DNA from: Octopus vulgaris
Lineage: Eukaryota
Length of the DNA: 64,000 bases
NCBI GenBank assembly: GCA_951406725.2
Contig: OX597814.1
Coordinates: 26,226,001-26,290,000, forward strand
Direction of reading: 5' to 3'
Shown: positions 1 through 11,637 of the stretch, piece after piece
Numbering within the stretch: the first letter of the stretch is position 1
Layout: the number at the start of each line of letters is the position of its first letter
The notes under the pieces: model-generated
Databases searched by the model: none
What the model was told of the DNA's origin: nothing
What the model saw: the letters and a program-made list of their open reading frames with translations, nothing else
Position numbers and translations under genes: made by a program

Positions 1-1400
1 TCTTTATTGAGCAACCTTTCGTAGTGGTGTCTCCAAACCTCTCTCTTTGCAGCCTCATCTAGTGCAAGTGAACCATCATCTATACGAACACATTTCTCTC
101 CTACAACATCACAATTCTCTCTTACACACTGTGTTGCAACACGAAATACCTCAATTCTTTGGTCCTCATGGTGCAGAACATTGGCAAATTTTTTCTTATC
201 TGCTTCTCCTTTGGCTAAATAAACCTGCCTCCTAGCTTCCCTTTTGGCAGTCTGATACAATTCCCTGCTACCACTGTTCTTCCAGTCCTTCCAAGCCTGT
301 TTCTTTTCTCCAATAGCCCTGTCAACAACATTGTTCCACCACCATGTTATTTTGGGTCAAGAGGGGACTTTGCACCATCCACAGATCTGGTCAGTGGCCC
401 TCATCAGGTTGTCCCATAGAAACCTCCAGTTGTCTTCTACATCGTGTGAAGCTATATCCCCTTCTAAATCATCAAAGGCTTCGAGTAATATGTCTCTAAA
501 TCTCTGTCCATTTGCAGGATCTTTAAGCTTCCAGACCCTTCTCCTCCATGCTGGTCGTTTTTTGAGCATTCATTTAGCCCTGATACTGAAGTCACTAACT
601 ACCAGTCTATGTTGTGGGGTACATTCTTCAACTGGGAAGGTTTTGGCATTTATAAGCAACCATCTTTCCCTTTTTCTGGCAAGGATGTAGTCAATTTGGC
701 TAGTGTGTTTACCAGAACAGTAGGTGACTAGGTGACTGGCAGGTTTTCTGAAGTTATTATTGCAAACTATAAGATCATTTGCATCGCAGAACTCCAGCAG
801 CCTGGTTCCCTCTTCATTGCAGGAACCAAAACCATAGCCTCCATGTATGCCATGGAAAACCCCTGTATGTTGTCCATCATGTCCATTGAAGTCACCAGCC
901 ACAAAAAGAATGTCATGTCATTCGTCAAGGCAGTAGTCTGCAAGAGGGTGTCATAGAATCGGTCTTTCTGTCCATCAGGTAACCCCAGCTGAGAAGCATA
1001 GGCCGAGATAATGGTTGCTGACCCATGATAAAGCACTAACCTAATCTTAAGTATTCTGTTGCATACTCTGACTACCTCAATTACCTTATCCACCCATTTC
1101 TCCGTAAGAAGTATACCCACACCCCCAACCCTGTCTGTTTTCCCTGCCCAGAAAATCCTGTACCCGTGTTCTTTACTTGTGAGGAACCTAGCAGAACCTA
1201 ATCCTCTCCACCTTACTTCTTGGATGCAGCACATATCGACACATCTCCATTCAAGCATCTCAACAATCTCATGAGACCTACCTTTCAGTGTGCCGACGTT
1301 GAGAGTGCCAATCCTGAGGGTGTGGGAGGTATGGGCCCTTGAGGCCCTGGGATGGGGGACAGCAGCATCATGTACCTGAAAAGAGAGCTCGCATCTGGCA
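1..1400 (-). mobile_element. RTE-clade LINE (family A), AP-endonuclease region, degenerate; runs off the window start
   Basis: Frameshifted ORFs 767-1414, 570-902 and 357-569 give LRIGTLNVGTL..MCCIQEVRW..GGVGILL, ISAYA, AGDFNGH, SQIDYIL and QHRLVVSDF, the APE motifs of RTE LINEs. Confidence 0.92.
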
Positions 1401-1419
1401 GAATTCATAAACAAACAAT

Positions 1420-2659
1420 AGCCTTAAGTTCAACCTGCGTACACTACAAGGCCAGGTTCAATAATCACACTTTGAGCTTCAGGCACTGAGATAAAAGGAA
1501 AACAGCCAAATTATCCAGTCATATATGGTCCTTATAAGATAAAGGTGTCAGTTACAACATCCATTGGAAGATCTTAGCCAAGTGTAAGCTCTACACCAAT
1601 GGCAGTGGAAAGTGCAGTCTTTGTGATATGGAAAGATGGCTCATCTGGAAAAGCAGCTTAGACCCCACCACATGTCTAAATTCAAGAACTGAACTTTTCA
1701 GACCATGTCCATATGTGGCTGAATATTTGTTACGTTTTTGACCCTCCACCCTGAGATTACAGATAGGACTTGCTTTCTATATTGTGTCCATGAACAAGCT
1801 TTTCATCTCTCTATACTTTTTACTTATATTGCTTATATATTTTTAATATATTTTTTTTACATATTTATAGAGATATTGTTTTATAGGCTTATTGCTCGTA
1901 TACTTTTTACACATATTTCTTCTGTATTCTACCTTCCACTCTGCATTTTCCCTGTGCGTATATAGACATGCATATGGAATCATTTGTGTGCATGTGTAGA
2001 TGTGTGCAGGTATGTGCATATATAGACGTGTGTGTGTGCATGCATGCGAGCATGTGCATATATAGATGTGTTTTACTCTTATTGCTTATTTCTTTACACT
2101 TTTTCTACACCTTTTTTCTGTATATTGCCTTTAGCCCTTTTTTCTTGTGCATGTGCGTATATAGACATGTGCATGAACCATTTTTGTGTGCGTGTGTGTG
2201 TGCAAGCATGTATGCGGGTATGTATATATTTTTTGGCAAATGTGTAGGTGAGCATGTGTGTGTTTCAAGTGAGGGTTGATGAGTATATACTTATAGGCGC
2301 GTGTACATGGGTATATGAGTACGCATGTGTATGTATGCACTTACACGAATACTATCAACGTTTTCACTTGCTTACCTTACTCCCTCCCCTCACTTAGCAG
2401 TCATTCTAATAGTTCTTTTGTCTTAATAATGGTCAATCACACAGTAATTCCCCTTTGTTTAATGGTCATTTTCCTAGCATTTCATCGATGGCCCAATAAC
2501 TGAAGAGATGGTGGCGTGGGTTTCCGCCCCAACATCTGAAACTCAGAGTTTTATCATGGCTACTGAATAATTGTCACGTATTATATTTACAGATAAATTC
2601 CTCTATTTACATAATATCGAGATCTCTGTAATTCTTTTGTTGTCTTACCATTTCTATCA

Positions 2660-2660
<1 letters not shown>
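1420..2660 (+). mobile_element. Penelope-like element remnant (C-terminal part of GIY-YIG endonuclease plus 3' pLTR region)
   Basis: Manual translation of 1446-1740: YKARFNNHTLSFRH*DKRKTAKLSSHIWSL*DKGVSYNIHWKILAKCKLYTNGSGKCSLCDMERWLIWK..LNSRTELFRPCPY. This fits the PLE endonuclease pattern (RxxNH..LSxHIW..WxI..CxLC..E..LNxRxE..C). An HHR motif follows at about 2500. Confidence 0.8.
2491..2560 (+). ncRNA. Type I minimal hammerhead ribozyme, degenerate
   Basis: ataa-CTGAAGA(2500-2506)-gatg..ggcg/cgcc..catc-t-GAAA-CTCAGAG-TT-ttat. Stem I is ataa/ttat, extended by gcc/ggc. Stem II is one nucleotide out of register. Confidence 0.6.
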
Positions 2661-2703
<43 letters not shown>

Positions 2704-2736
2704 TTTATTTAAAGCAGCAGAAAATTCAACAAAATC

Positions 2737-2774
2737 TTTTACTCTGAGTTTCTCGTTGCCGTTCATCAGACAGT
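2737..2774 (-). ncRNA. Mirror-copy minimal hammerhead ribozyme
   Basis: Reverse complement reads ctgt-CTGATGA-acggcaacga-GAAA-CTCAGAG-TA-aaag; stem I carries one substitution. Confidence 0.65.
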
Positions 2775-2796
2775 TTTTGCTAGATTCTAACAAAAA

Positions 2797-2834
2797 CTGT
2801 CTGATGAACGGCAACGAGAAACTCAGAGTAACAG
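2797..2834 (+). ncRNA. Type I minimal hammerhead ribozyme
   Basis: ctgt-CTGATGA-acg-gcaa-cga-GAAA-CTCAGAG-TA-acag. Stem I is ctgt/acag, stem II has a GNRA loop, stem III is near-palindromic, and the GUA cleavage triplet ends at 2830. The 10.1-11.1 pair is an A/A mismatch. Confidence 0.75.
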
Positions 2835-2896
2835 ATTTTGTTGAATTTTCTGCTGCTTTAAATAAAGCATATTACTCTACCACTGGTATTTGAGTA

Positions 2897-2944
<48 letters not shown>

Positions 2945-4051
2945 CAAACACTTTTTCACTAACTTTCACAACTTGGTCCTTCATTTTGATACAACTGCAC
3001 TCGTTTCTATCTCACTGGAGCAGTTTTCTTTTGTTTCTTTATAATAGTTGATGATGTTACTACTGTACCAGTCATTGAATATTGTACTTTTCTGTATCAC
3101 CTTAATGACGATGCAAATTACTAGAACTATTCCAGTTATTTTAAGCAGTTTAACAAAAAGTTTCTGATGGCCTACCCATGTTCCCTTTCCTCATGGTCTT
3201 ACTTGTACTTTTGACCATATGGATATGTGTGTGTGGGTGAGGGGTAAATATATATTAATATAGTTGTATATATACTTGCATACACATACATAGATATAGC
3301 ATATACACACAAGCATATAATACATGCACACACACATATATATACACACCCTCACAGTGAATTGCAAAGATATAGTTAATATCAGGTATTTTTCTATTGA
3401 ACACTGACAAATATCCATACAATAATCAACAGTGTTATTAACAAAAGTCTCTTTAATTCTAGAAAATTGTCTTAGTTTGTTTTATGTTTCATTCTTTAAG
3501 CAAAACTTCAAAGGGAGGCATAAAACATCTAAAGTTTTTTGTTGTTTTTCATTTCTGGTTGTTTGTGCGTGTGTACATTGTCAATGCCTTAAGATTATTT
3601 CTTATTGCAGTTTTTTTTATGTACCTTGACTTTTGGTATTAATTATTAAATCTAAAGTCATGTCTTGCCTAAAACATTACTCCCAGAAGGCAAAACTTCT
3701 AAAGATATAATTGATTTATCTTGTGAGAAAGTCATGTTTTGTTAAAATACATTTTGTCACAAACTTTCAAATAATGCTCTCACGTTTTCTTTAAAAAGAA
3801 ATTTCCTTTCCACCTAATTTTACTATTATTGATAGGAATGTGAATATTAAGCAAAATATTGTTCAGAAACTATTAACAAAATCAGTGTGGCATTACTGTT
3901 GAGTTGTGAAATCACTAGACATCTGAGTTCAAGCCTTATGATTCATAGGAACCAACTAACTTCAACAGCCAGATGTTACATTGCAGCTAAATAATTTTGT
4001 TGAGATATATATGAACTCAGTAGCATAGTATAGCATGAAATGTGCAAAGTG

Positions 4052-4194
4052 TGGCTGTCCACTTTCTTAAACAGAAGTTTTGACTACAGTAAACACATGT
4101 GTATAAAGTAGCCTGTCTATTTTGTTTACACAGGGAGGTCACTTTATATATGTTTGTTATAGTCAATACTTCTGTTTAAGAAAGTGGACAGCCA
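4052..4194. repeat. Fold-back / MITE-like inverted repeat
   Basis: tggctgtccactttcttaaacagaagt.ttgacta pairs with tagtcaa.acttctgtttaagaaagtggacagcca, with further imperfect inner pairing. Confidence 0.8.
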
Positions 4195-5094
4195 TTTCAG
4201 CTGCCTCATTGGGTGACAAAAACCCATGCTACTTCACTGAATGAGCTTACAGTATCAAGCAACTTATAAAGAAATATAATGGATATCATAATTGCAGTGA
4301 GAATTGTGTAATTCCACATACTTTCTCATTGTTATGTTTTGGGATCAACATAGAGTTATTGTATGGCTTGAAAGACAGAAAGAACCTTGTATATATATAA
4401 TGTCTGCTTCATTAGGCCTTAGATCTTAAGCCTGTCATGAGCCCACATGCTCAGTAGGCTAGAGTTTCTCCTAGTTTCTGTTGCAATATAAGTGATTGAG
4501 AATAAAGTACTCACTCTTGAGTGATCTTTTCCTTTAAAAGCAGCTTTTACCCTACGTAAAGAATACAAGCATAGCCATCACATTTTATGATCTTTTAGCG
4601 TAGTCACCAACCTGAGTATTGTTATGTCACTGCAGACATGTAGCTGACCCTATTCTGGTTTCATCATTTTTTTTCTGACAGACATTGATTTTATCAACTT
4701 GTGTTTCTAGCAAACTTCTTTACCAGGCTAGCTCTGAGTTCAAATCATACCAATAAATTGTGGTGGTCTAGATCATAGATGTACTGTTAAATATAACAAG
4801 ATTATTAAAAATAAAAATGATTACACAATAAAATAATAGTTTTACATATATTTTTTGTTGTTATATAGTAATTTTACTACAATGTATTAGTCAGTTTCAA
4901 CTCAAATGCATTTAGTAAGAGTGATTCTGTTACAAGCATTTTATTTCAGTATATATTTTCTGAAAATGTCTGGAATGACTTGCAAAGTTCATGAGCTCTC
5001 TCCTCACATTTCTGTTTAACTTTCAGAAAAATGAAATTAAAAGTATGCCATATTTATAATCTCAGATTAAGTCACTTGCCAAACTAATACGACT

Positions 5095-5490
5095 CATATC
5101 ATCATCATCATTTTGACATTCACATTTCAATGCTGGCATGGCTCAGATAGAATTCATTGAGGCAAATTTTCTTAAGCTGGATGCCCTTCCTATCATCGAC
5201 CCTCACCTGTTTCCAGTTAAGGTGATATTTTCCCATAACCAGACATGTTTTTTTTCACTGAAGCCTAAGAACAAACAAGATAGCTTGTTTGATGGTGATG
5301 CTCATTTACAACCAATATATGATGTTGAGTCAAGGGTATACACACACACACACATATATATAAACATATAAGGCAAGCTTTTTTCTGTTTCTGTCCACCA
5401 AACCTGCTCACAAAGTTTTGGTCAGCCATGCCATAAGACTGAACCCAAAACGATGTGGTTGAGAAGCAAGCTTCTCCGAGCCACGACTGA
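5095..5490 (-). mobile_element. SINE-like element: tRNA-derived head plus RTE-type 3' tail
   Basis: (CAT)n tail and gctggatgcccttcc motif shared with the RTE-A 3' UTR at 17120-17300; head at 5370-5490 resembles the reverse complement of the SINE at 25907. Confidence 0.55.
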
Positions 5491-5527
5491 GCTTAACCAA
5501 TCCTATAGATATATATGTTTGCATATA

Positions 5528-6056
5528 TCTTTATATATATATAAAACTGAGAATGTGTGTCTATCTGTCTGTCTGTCTGTGTGTTTCCCTAAAACTTGAG
5601 AACTACACAACCAATTTCATTCAAATTTTACACATGCTTTACTTAGGGTCCATGTAGTTTCATGGGCAAAAAGAAATGTTCAACTTCTTGCCTAGGGCGA
5701 GCCCATAGCAATATCATATCTTCTCCACTATTTCAGTATTACGTGTTAAAACTGAAACAAAAACATTTCTCTATTTTATGTCAGATACTTTCACTTTAAC
5801 AATAAAAATTAGAGATAATAATAGCAATTGAATTATATGTGGTAAGTAATAATTAAAATCAAACTAAAGTATAATATAATCGTAACATAACAAAAGTAAA
5901 AATAGCAATTAGTATAAAATTGCATCAATGACTTGAACTTGAATAAGTGGTTTCACATGAATGGGAATAAATTGAAAATAAAATTAGCGTGCAGAAATGG
6001 AATAGTCCAGATGGAGGTGTGCACAAACCGTTTACCAGACGGGCCTACAATTCCAG
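5528..6056 (+). mobile_element. Non-autonomous Helitron
   Basis: A|TC start followed by tatatataaaa and (GTCT)n; subterminal hairpin ccgtttaccagacgg; ends CCAG|T (CTRR-like). Confidence 0.7.
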
Positions 6057-6218
6057 TCTGTTATATATTTTGAGTATTGTTATCACTAGCGATATCAAGA
6101 TATAACTTTGTATTTTGTATTTTATGTGTAGATGTATATATATAGATGTACATGTAATATGTACACATATATACATGCACTAGCACTATGACCCTGCAAC
6201 GACGTGTCATAATGCTAG

Positions 6219-6251
<33 letters not shown>

Positions 6252-6262
6252 GGAGAGAGATA

Positions 6263-6630
6263 TGATGATGATCATCATCATCATCATTTAACATTTGTTT
6301 TCCATGTTGGCACAGGTTGGTCAGCTTAACAGGAACTGACAAGGCCAGGGACTGCACCAGGTTCTATAGTCTGTTTTGCTTTTGTGGATTACACAGCTGG
6401 ATGCCCTTCCTAACACTAGCCACTCCACAGAGAGTACTGACTGTTTTTTACATATCAACATCACCAGTTCTTTTTATGTGACACCAACACTAATGCATTT
6501 TACATGGTACCAGCACCCACACCAATGCTTTTTATGTGGTACCTTGATTTTAGGATCTGTTCTGTTATGGTGTGTAGTCTTCTCAAGTACAGCAATGTGC
6601 TACATATCTCAGTCCTTTGTCATCTCCTGA
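6263..6630 (-). mobile_element. RTE family A 3' UTR fragment
   Basis: (CAT)n, tttaac..tttccatg..cagctggatgcccttcctaac..ccactcc, matching 17120-17650. Confidence 0.7.
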
Positions 6631-6789
6631 CAGAGGATTGACATATGTACATATGTATACACACTCACAAACTTTGAGTCCCCAATTTTAAAATAGACAC
6701 ACTGTATCTCTGCATGTCATAAGTAGCAATTATAATTAGGGTCAGAAAGAACAACCATCCATAAAAAACACTAGTTCAAAAAGCTCCAT

Positions 6790-7085
6790 CAGTGGAATTT
6801 GAACTAAAATGAAGAGCCAGAAGAAACACTGCAAAGCATTTTGTCAGGTGCAGTAACAATTCTGTCAGCTTGCTGCTTTGATCTGAACTCAGAATATAAA
6901 AAGCTAAAATAAATACTGAAAATAATATTTCTGTCACAATAACAATTCTGCCAGGTCACAGTCCTAACAATAATAATAATGGTGATGGTGATGATGATGA
7001 TGATCCTTTCTACTAAATGCACAAGGCTTGAAATTTTGGGTAAGGTGCCTAGTCGACCCCAGTACTCGACTGGTACTTATTTTAT
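6790..7085 (-). mobile_element. SINE fragments (second family; related pieces near 32890-33120 and 42680-43100)
   Basis: Shared motifs ggaatttgaact, gcacaaggct..aattttg, gaccccagta..ggtactt. Confidence 0.5.
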
Positions 7086-8650
7086 TAGCAATAAGGGATT
7101 AAGAGTTAGACTTTTTCTCGGGGTTACAAAGATTATAAAGGAAGACAGCAAAGTATGAAAAAAAACACTTTTACAAATTACTAAGGTGGAGATAAGGGGC
7201 ATTATGCAATAAAGAGGAAGATATATTTTAAAGGTGCATGCATATACACACATACCCTTATATATACACACATGCCCACACCTATGCTTATATACACATA
7301 TATATTTATATGCATAGACACACGTACATGAAAATAAGTTACAATAAAACACAGCAATTAAAACAAGATATAGTTTAAAGAAATAAGACATGAAAAAATT
7401 TTCTGGTTGGGTTGAATTGAATATTCCAAGATACCATTCACTTATTTATTTCACAAATTGTATTCAAGTGCAGCCAAATGCACTAGTGAGCATTTTTAAA
7501 GACAACTGGTGTTACAAAATGCCAATACCTTCAGGGTATTCTTTTTTAAATTCAATACAATGTCTTAATTTTATTAGCAGTCTAGCTTTTGCAAGTTGTT
7601 TATATTCTAAACCTAGTGTTTTTGTGTCATTAAAACTTCTTCAGAGAGTCTGCAGCATGACATACACAAGTTTATCTATTAGATGTCTGTTTTTCAAAGA
7701 ACAGCAAATCTTAGTTATCTTCATCCACTGCATTTCCTTTATTTTTCTCCTGTAATGATTTCATACCCATCATATAATGAAGATGTGGCATTTTGCATTG
7801 GTATTGTTAGGGTATATATTTTCTCATATATTTTTGATAATAGGCCTAAATATATTTTCTTTGCCATCCACAGAGTTTTAGTTGATGGTGACTATAAACT
7901 GTAGTTTGTTGTTCTTTTTGTTGTTGCTATTGTTTTCTTTGGTTAAGCTTAATTTTTCCGTTTCTTTAGGATATTTGCTGTAAGGTGTGTATTACTCTGA
8001 CAAGTATTGACCACTCTCCCATATCGTGGCACAAAAATAGGCATGAGTTTACATCATGTCCAATGTTTTTCTATAATTCTTGTGTGTCTTTGATTCGTGT
8101 ACTGGAACACAGATGTTTTGTCAGAGATATGTTTGACAATTCATTCCTGCATTTTCTCAGTATTTTCAATTTTAAAGGTACAGCAAGTAGTGCTATAACT
8201 GTGACCTTTTTCAGCTAAGATAATTTCCTGCATCATGTCTTGGATAGCTTGTTGTACTACTTGGTATTAAGGTCTAAAAATTCTGTTTGTTGATTTAGTG
8301 TTGAAGCAAGGTTTGTTTTCACATAACTGCCATATGAACAGTCCGCAGTACTTAGAAGTATATAGAGTTCCTACTGTTGTTGTTTTCTAAATTACTTATT
8401 TGAGTATTTCAGACACTTTCTTCTATCAATTGTTCACATTATAGGGAACTATTAATAGAAAATGTTTCATATATTCGAATGTCTCAAAATAGTCAAAATT
8501 TCTTCTTCCTCTTGTGCATTTACTGTATATTTTGATTTGGTTTTTCTTCTTTTAGCCATTGTATTGTTTTGTCATGTGACATACTTGTGTGTGGTAGCAA
8601 TTTTGGATATGAAAATATAATGTATATACATAGAATTTTAAAAGTTTGTG
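7085..8650 (-). mobile_element. Unclassified degenerate coding repeat; diverged paralogue at ~33830-34420
   Basis: Minus-strand ATG near 8559 opens MAKRRKTKSKYTVNAQEEEEILTILRHSNI*. 8333-8645 aligns by eye with 34183-34420. An AATAAA lies at the minus-strand end near 7085. Confidence 0.4.
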
Positions 8651-8986
8651 AAACAAACTAAAAAGCAGCACCTGATTAGACAATTATAGTGCTTTTTACA
8701 AGGGTTCCAAAGAATAATTCATTTTGTAATACCTGAAATAAAACAAGTTTCAAAGAGTGAATCAAAATTATGTCTTCACACTATAGGAGTGAAAAGTATT
8801 AGTAGTAGTAGTAGTAGTAGTAGTAGTATCAAACAAAATCTCCCTACAGAGTTGTGACTTCAAAAAAAATGCCTTGTAATCATAAAAAGAGATTGAAACT
8901 TTACTTAATGTAATTGAGTACTTTTTCAACTTGTTTGCATATTTAAACATACAATACAGTGATGATATGTGAGTGTGTATGTGTAA

Positions 8987-9020
<34 letters not shown>

Positions 9021-9089
9021 AATATATATATATATAATTTTCCCTGAAGCAATGACAAGTGATGTTGTTGTCAGTGGAATTTTAGTTGT

Positions 9090-9551
9090 AACAAAAAAGG
9101 TTGCAATAAAATTTTCTAAGGTATTTGGTTCAATGCTCTATTTATTGCTTTATCAGCCCTACGCCAGCCTAATATTGGCTACAAATATTCATCATCAAAT
9201 CTCACTTTTCCAAACTAATTCTATTACCAAAAATGTAGACAATTTCAATTGTCTAGTTTATATTTAAAGCAATTTTTTTTAGTAGAATATCATCAATTTT
9301 TCTTTTTTCATTATTGATCCATACATATTTCTTGGAAAGCTAAAAACAAATAATTTATGAAAATAGAAGTTTTTTATTTTGTTTAAATCCAATATTAAAG
9401 CTCAACATCTTCGATACTTTATGGAAGTAGATTATTTATGAATGGCATACCAGAAGTTTTACAAAATTCATTATTTACTATGTCTATGCAACTGAATTCT
9501 ATCATATAGCTGAAAGAAGGGAAATGAGCGGCATTCGTTTCCCTTTAAATA
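9090..9551 (+). mobile_element. Possible old Penelope-like 3' remnant ending in a degenerate HHR, interrupted by a Helitron
   Basis: atag-CTGAAAGA, then a 12-bp stem aagggaaatgag/ttcgtttccctt, then TAAA (GAAA expected). Weak PLE-like peptide traces lie upstream. Confidence 0.3.
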
Positions 9552-9552
9552 T

Positions 9553-9602
<50 letters not shown>

Positions 9603-11211
9603 CTGTAGTTGTGTGAGTGTCTGTCCCCTTCGATTTAGATTCCTAACTACTCCCACATTTTGCGGTGCAGTTTAACCAAATTCGGATATCTTATAGTCGT
9701 GATTCATATCGAGCCCGTCTGGGTATTAGCGCGCGTCTACGATGAGTCTACAATTTTAAAAATAATTTAACATCATTTTTTTCCATTTTAACGCATATTT
9801 TTTAAATAAAGGGAAGTTGTTGCTTCTTCCCTCCCTCGTGAAGCTGTGGGGAAGTGAGTGTAAGGAAATCAACGTCGTAAAGCGTTGTCAAGGAGACCAG
9901 CGTTCTTTTAGAACAATGACTTCATGGCTTGAAGACTCCAAAACAGAAATGGCTAAGAAAGCCCGAAAGCAAATTCTACAAAATTGGGAAACACGCCACA
10001 CAGGGAAGGTTTCCCGTGCAAAGAATTTGCACAACCGAATGTTTTAGTTGTTGCACAACTTTTACTTAAAAAATATTATCCAAACACAAACTTTTGAAGG
10101 CAATATTGTATGGCGATGGTACTTGTGAAATATGGTAATGGATTTAGTAGCCAAAAGGAGAGAGCAGAGGCATATTATGGTGGTGGTGGTGGTGCTGGTA
10201 GTGGTGATGGTGGTCGTGTTTGTGGTGGTGGTGGTCGTGGTGGTGGTCGTGGTGGTGGGGGTGGTGATGATAGTGGTGGTCGTGGTGGTCTTCGTGATGG
10301 TGGTGGCGATGGTGGTTGTCGTCTTTGTGGTGGTGGTGGTGGTTCGTCGTCTTTGTGGTGGTGGTGTTGTTGTTGTTGTTGGTGGTGGTCGTGGTGGTGG
10401 TGATGATGGTGGTGGTGGTGGTGGTCTTCGTGGTGGTGGTGGTGATGGTCATGGGCGTAGTGGTGGTGGTGGTCATGGTGGTAGTGGCTGAAGCTGTCGT
10501 CTGAGTTCTTCCAATTTTTTCATGTGTCGGTGGCGGCGTTGGCGTTCATGCTCGCACCTGCACCTGTGTAGCTCCTTCCCTTCTTCCCTCCCTTGTGAAG
10601 CTGTGGGGAAGGCAGGGTAGGGAAATCAACATCGTAAAGCGTTGTCAAGGAGACCAGCGTTCTTTTAGAACAACGACTTCATGGCTTGAAGTCGCCAAAA
10701 CAGAAATCGCTAAAATAGCTGAAACAGATCCACAAAAACGGCAAAAACCGCCACACAGGGCAGGTTTCTTGTGCAAACAATTTGCTCAACCGAATGTTTT
10801 AGTTGTTGCACAAATCTTTATATATAAAAGTGAAGTTGTGTGTCTGTCTCCTACGATTTAGATTCCTAACTACTCCCACATTTTGCGGTGCAGTTTAACC
10901 AAATTCGGGTATCTTATAGTCGTGATTCATACCAAGCTCTTCTGGGTATTAGCGTGCGTCTACGATGAGTCTATGATTTAAAAAAAAATTTATCATCATT
11001 TCTTCCATTTTAATGCATTTTTTCGCTATTATATAAGGGAAGTAACTCTCTAAAAATGTCTACGATGAGTCAACGATTTAAAAAAATATTACCATCATTT
11101 TTTATTCCATTTTTAATGCATTTTTTTGCTAATTTTTTGCTATAACTCACTAAAAATGCTTATATAGTTATTTCCCTTACAAACCCGAGCAACGCCGGAC
11201 GATACTGCTAG
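9552..11211 (+). mobile_element. Composite non-autonomous Helitron (two 5' ends, one 3' end)
   Basis: A|TC starts at 9552 and 10815 are each followed by a near-identical ~190-bp block (gatttagattcctaactactcccacattttgcggtgcag...). The 3' hairpin ccgagcaacgccgg precedes CTAG|T at 11208-11211. Confidence 0.85.
10178..10490 (+). repeat. Imperfect (GGT)n microsatellite inside the Helitron
   Basis: Direct reading; it accounts for the poly-G/V/T/H ORFs. Confidence 0.95.
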
Positions 11212-11637
11212 TATATATATATTCGTTTTCGGATTTGGTTTGCAAGATTCTTTATATGAGTTCGTGTGATGAAGCATATTTTGTTGGGTCTGGGGAGAGT
11301 GATTCTCTTTTATTATTTATTATTTAACACACTCACTGGTAAAGTTTAAACTCATTTACTTTCTTATTTTTCCTAAATTTTTCATTGCGTCTCACAACCT
11401 TATCAATAATCGTTGACTCTGTCCGTTATCTGAGCTTTGTTCTTTTTGTTTGTTTGTGCGCATGTGTATGGTTAGTGTGTATGTGTGCATACACATGTAT
11501 GTATGTATGTATGCATGCATGTATGTGTGTATGCATGTATGTGTGTGTATGCATATGTGTATGCGTATGTATATATGTATATATATATATCCATATACAC
11601 ATACAAACACACACACTTACATAAATGCATACACACA

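Larger units (their letters stand above)
2703..2867. repeat. ~165-bp near-perfect palindrome (inverted pLTR fragments), each arm containing an HHR
   Basis: 2703-2784 is the reverse complement of 2786-2867, with two mismatches seen. Confidence 0.93.

Noticed and set aside
10110-10504. Gly-, Val-, Thr- and His-rich ORFs
   Set aside because: Translations of a (GGT)n tract inside a Helitron.
11370-11412. HHR variant on the minus strand (TTGATAA-stem-GAAA-AATTT-A, U3-A8 type)
   Set aside because: Stem II and a palindromic stem III are present, but no stem I pairing could be found.
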